The notes beneath the pieces were generated by a model, which saw nothing but the letters and a program-made list of their open reading frames with translations, ran no database searches and had not been told where the DNA came from. From the human T2T-CHM13v2.0 reference genome, Homo sapiens, in assembly GCF_009914755.1 (NCBI RefSeq), contig NC_060947.1: a DNA stretch of 64,000 nt, one strand, 5' to 3'. A program made the translations under genes and the position numbers. Within the stretch, counting starts at the first letter, position 1. Every line of letters starts with the position of its first letter. Below are positions 60,682-64,000 of the stretch, in pieces.

Positions 60682-61017
60682 GTGAGTATGGAACTGGGGA
60701 GTGGGGGAGGGAAGGGAGGTTGCAGGAACGGTGGGAAGAAGGGAAGGAGGACTACGAGCTAGGCTTTTGATCTGAAGTACGCAGATGCAAGGGAGTTTAT
60801 TGGGATGGAACAACAGGGCAGAGGGTTCTCTGGGCTCTAGAATCATAGTCCTGTTAGGGAGGGTGTCAGCTCAACTAGCACAGGGCAGAACGTGAACATC
60901 TCTGGAGAACAGGCCAACCCAGCCCCTGCTGGTTCTCCTGCCCCTCTGAGGGCTGCCATTCTAGGGATAAGACACTTTGGGCCTCAGTCATTGCCATTGG
61001 TCTTCTTGTTTCCGTAG

Positions 61018-61184
61018 AGCACCGGGAAGCCAGTCATTGAAGCATCCCAGTTCCTGGAGTGGGTCAACCTGGAGCCCCAGTCCATGGTGTGGCTGGCTGT
61101 TCTGCATCGGGTCACCATTGCTGAGCAAGTGAAGCATCAGACCAAGTGCTCTATCTGTAGGCAGTGCCCCATCAAGGGGTTCAG
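61018..61184 (+). CDS. DRP2: DRP2 coding exon 14 ([32 protein letters not shown]...[14 protein letters not shown]), start of ZZ zinc finger
   Basis: tttccgtag acceptor, AG|gtaggg donor; 167 nt. Confidence 0.96.
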
Positions 61185-61458
61185 GTAGGGAAAACAATAC
61201 CTGCTGGGATGATAATAATAAATATGTCATGTGACATATAACTCAGATATTAAAAAATAAAGTGTCACCTAATTATTATATAATTACAGCTAGTCTATTG
61301 TACATTATTATATACTGTTATAATCCTTTATATTGCAGAATGTTTAATTGTTTTTAAATGGGAAGTGAGGAAATATTTTGTTTTAGTTGTATTATAAAGT
61401 ATTACAGACCTACAAAAATGTATAGAAGAACATAGGTGTAAGAGCACCTATGTACTAA

Positions 61459-61875
61459 ATGGTATGCCAGCAAATGGTTCACAACCTACTCTTTAGAAAG
61501 AAAAAAGGAAAGCTGATCTGTAGCATTTGCTAATTTCTGTGATGTATATACTCCCACTGTGAATGACATCAGGCTATTTACAGGAGGTCTCTGAGCAGAG
61601 TCAGAAACAGATCCTCAGTTGCACACCATTTATATAGTATGTCAACCATGCAGATACAATAGATGTTAAGTAACCTCAAGAACATAGAGAGTAGCAAAGT
61701 AATTAGGAAGTAATGAGTTTTGAGTATTTATTACCTTTGTTTGTAATATAATTTATTTAATTGTGAGTTTATATAATTTAATAATGGCTAGATTTAACAA
61801 CTGGCTTAGAAAACCCCTGAAATTTTAACAGCCAACTGTCGTGAGCTGGTATGAGCTGGCATCAGCACACCACAG
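61459..61875 (-). mobile_element. MER63-like hAT DNA transposon relic
   Basis: taattaggaagtaatgagttttgagtatttattacctttg and terminal gagctggtatgagctggcatcagcacaccac resemble the recalled MER63 consensus. Confidence 0.7.
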
Positions 61876-62705
61876 TATATACCTGTGACCAACTTAAGGA
61901 ATAAAACATTACTGCAATACATCTGAGGTCTCCTTGATTATATTCCTCTCCTTCCCCAACAAAGGTAACCACTATCCTGGATTGGACTTTCATCATAAAA
62001 CACTCAACTTTTTACCTTTGTAAAACACTAACCCACAACTCTCCCTGTCATCACCCTGCTTTTCGTAAGATGAGCAAATGAGGCACACAGCTAGTTAGTG
62101 GTAGATCTAGACTAGATATTGGATCATATGACTCCTCTAAGTCTAGGCATTTCACTGTCCTATGCTACAAGGTTGGGCAGTTCAGCCAGGCTTTGGAAGT
62201 AGATCTGAAGGGCTATTCTTTGTTCTGCAATAATAGGTATATTATTATGAACAACCTTTGGAAATAACTTTTAGCCAACTTAGCCAAGGCTGGTAGAAAG
62301 AACTGCCTTCATATTGGAAGTGTAATTTCTCCAGGGTAGGTGGTGGTCCCTGGGAGCCTGGACCTGTTTGGGCCATCCTTGTTTAGAAGGCCATTTGATA
62401 TGATGAGATATTTACCCCTGCTTCCCTCCTGTCTCCCTTAAACAAAGGTGGTGAGACAATGCTATTTCCCACACTTCATGGGAATCTGGCCTTGTGATTT
62501 CATAGAGATTTATGGTCTCTAGAATAAAGTTATTCATCTATTGAGAATTCAGCCACTGCTATGTATACGAGGTTGGGCATGTTATGGCTCCATGCCTCAT
62601 TCATCCCCTTCTACTGTGTGTGTATATTTTAATGTTAGGGGAACAGCGGGGAGGTCACTGTGGCACGTTGGACTCTCTTTCCTACTACATCTCCTCTCCC
62701 CCAAG

Positions 62706-62817
62706 GTACCGGAGTCTGAAGCAATTCAACGTTGACATCTGCCAGACCTGCTTCTTGACAGGCAGGGCCAGCAAAGGCAATAAGCTGCACTACCCCATCA
62801 TGGAGTATTACACACCG
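62706..62817 (+). CDS. DRP2: DRP2 coding exon 15 ([37 protein letters not shown]), ZZ domain; gene continues beyond the window
   Basis: pyrimidine tract + aag acceptor, CCG|gtatga donor; 112 nt; overlaps ORF 62584..62823. Confidence 0.95.
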
Positions 62818-63599
62818 GTATGAAGCCTCCAGGCTGGGTGGGAGGGTTAGGCAGCTCTCAGGTACTAGGCCTTGATCCACTTTGCCCAGCATTGGCTCAT
62901 TGTTTTCTGCTCTCCCGTGGGGAGCATTCTCCAAGGAGCTCTGGTGATTCACTGGTTTGGGAAATTCAGGCCTCTCTATTCTTCCAGCAGAGCTTCTCCC
63001 TCACCAGGCCTGGCCACAGCTGGCCCAGGACACTCTCAGCCATTTAAAGGGCACTCACTGTTTTACTGCAGAGAAAAGTCTCAGGAAAAACAAAACAAAG
63101 CAAAACAAACAAACAAACAAACTAAAACAGAGAGAGCAAGGCAGTTCCAGGTGATTCGCCTTCCATTGCTCACTTGAGTTTTTCCTGGCTAGCTTCCTAT
63201 ATTGCTTCTGTACTGGGTCACTCAGTCTTTCCCTGATGCTTTGTCATTATTTCTACCCCTTCTAGTCAGTACCAAAGCTTATGTTCAAATTAATTATTCA
63301 TCCCTTGGAGGGAAAAAAGAAAGGTATGTCCTTTACCTGGACCCCCAAACTCCATTTGGTTTTCCCTGGTAACCATGTCCTCCATACTTGCCTTAGCCCA
63401 GTTCAGTCAGCATCCCTGAACTCCAGCCACAGAGTTGCTCCTGTGCTGTGTTTAAAACCCACAGCTCCATGCTTAGCTTCCAGCACTGACTCTGCTCCCT
63501 ACTCATCTTTATCCTTTTCTGTCCCCGCAGATGCTCCCAAAGCCCTGATCATATCCCCAGCTCCCACCACTGCTCTCTCTCCCCTATTCTGTCTATTTT

Positions 63600-63779
63600 T
63601 CTTTTTTTTTTTTTTTAGAATTTTTTTTTAATTTTACTTTCACCTTTTTTTTTTTTTTTTTTTTTGAGACAGAGTCTCACTCTTACCCAGGCTGGAGTGC
63701 AATGGTGCGATCTTGGCTCACTGCAACCTCTGCCTCTGAGGTTCGAGCGATTCTCCTGCCTCAGCCTCCCAAGTAGCTA
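63600..63779 (-). mobile_element. Truncated Alu (right arm)
   Basis: Poly(T) + antisense right arm ending at aagtagct. Confidence 0.88.
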
Positions 63780-64000
63780 GTGTCTCCTATTTTTCAACCT
63801 GTTTCCCCACAATCCATCTGTCCAAGCTTTCATCTCTTCAAATCCTGTTGGCACAGAAACGTGTGGCCTGGTGGGAACAGGGACCATGCCCTTTACTTTT
63901 CATTTATTATCATTTTAAAGAAAACATTAGAAAAGTCATACATGGAAAACTGGCTGGATCTGGTAGACTGATAATCCTCTACCACCTGCTCGTCCTCTAC

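Overview
Human (or closely related primate) genomic DNA, not prokaryotic. The right part of the window holds the 5' two-thirds of DRP2 (dystrophin-related protein 2, Xq22) on the + strand. I traced 15 coding exons with GT-AG boundaries from ATG 41749 to 62817, giving 1977 nt / 659 codons (spectrin repeats, WW, EF-hand region, ZZ domain); the gene continues past the window end. A candidate non-CpG promoter/first exon lies near 29.7-30.3 kb and a candidate 5'UTR exon at 34701-34803. The left ~29 kb is repeat-dense intergenic DNA (about 20 Alus, L1 fragments, MER58, MaLR LTR). It contains an internally deleted YWHAQ (14-3-3 theta) processed pseudogene (- strand, ~531-1830) inserted in an old L1. 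I see no convincing new biological system. The most interesting observations are regulatory or structural: two out-of-frame uORFs overlapping a weak-context DRP2 start codon with a strong downstream Met79; a NAGNAG acceptor with a ~95-nt AG-free zone; a 41-bp quasi-palindromic element duplicated within one intron; a fold-back Alu chimera; and the unusual architecture of the YWHAQ retrocopy. Repeat family calls and comparisons to known proteins are from recall, not database searches.
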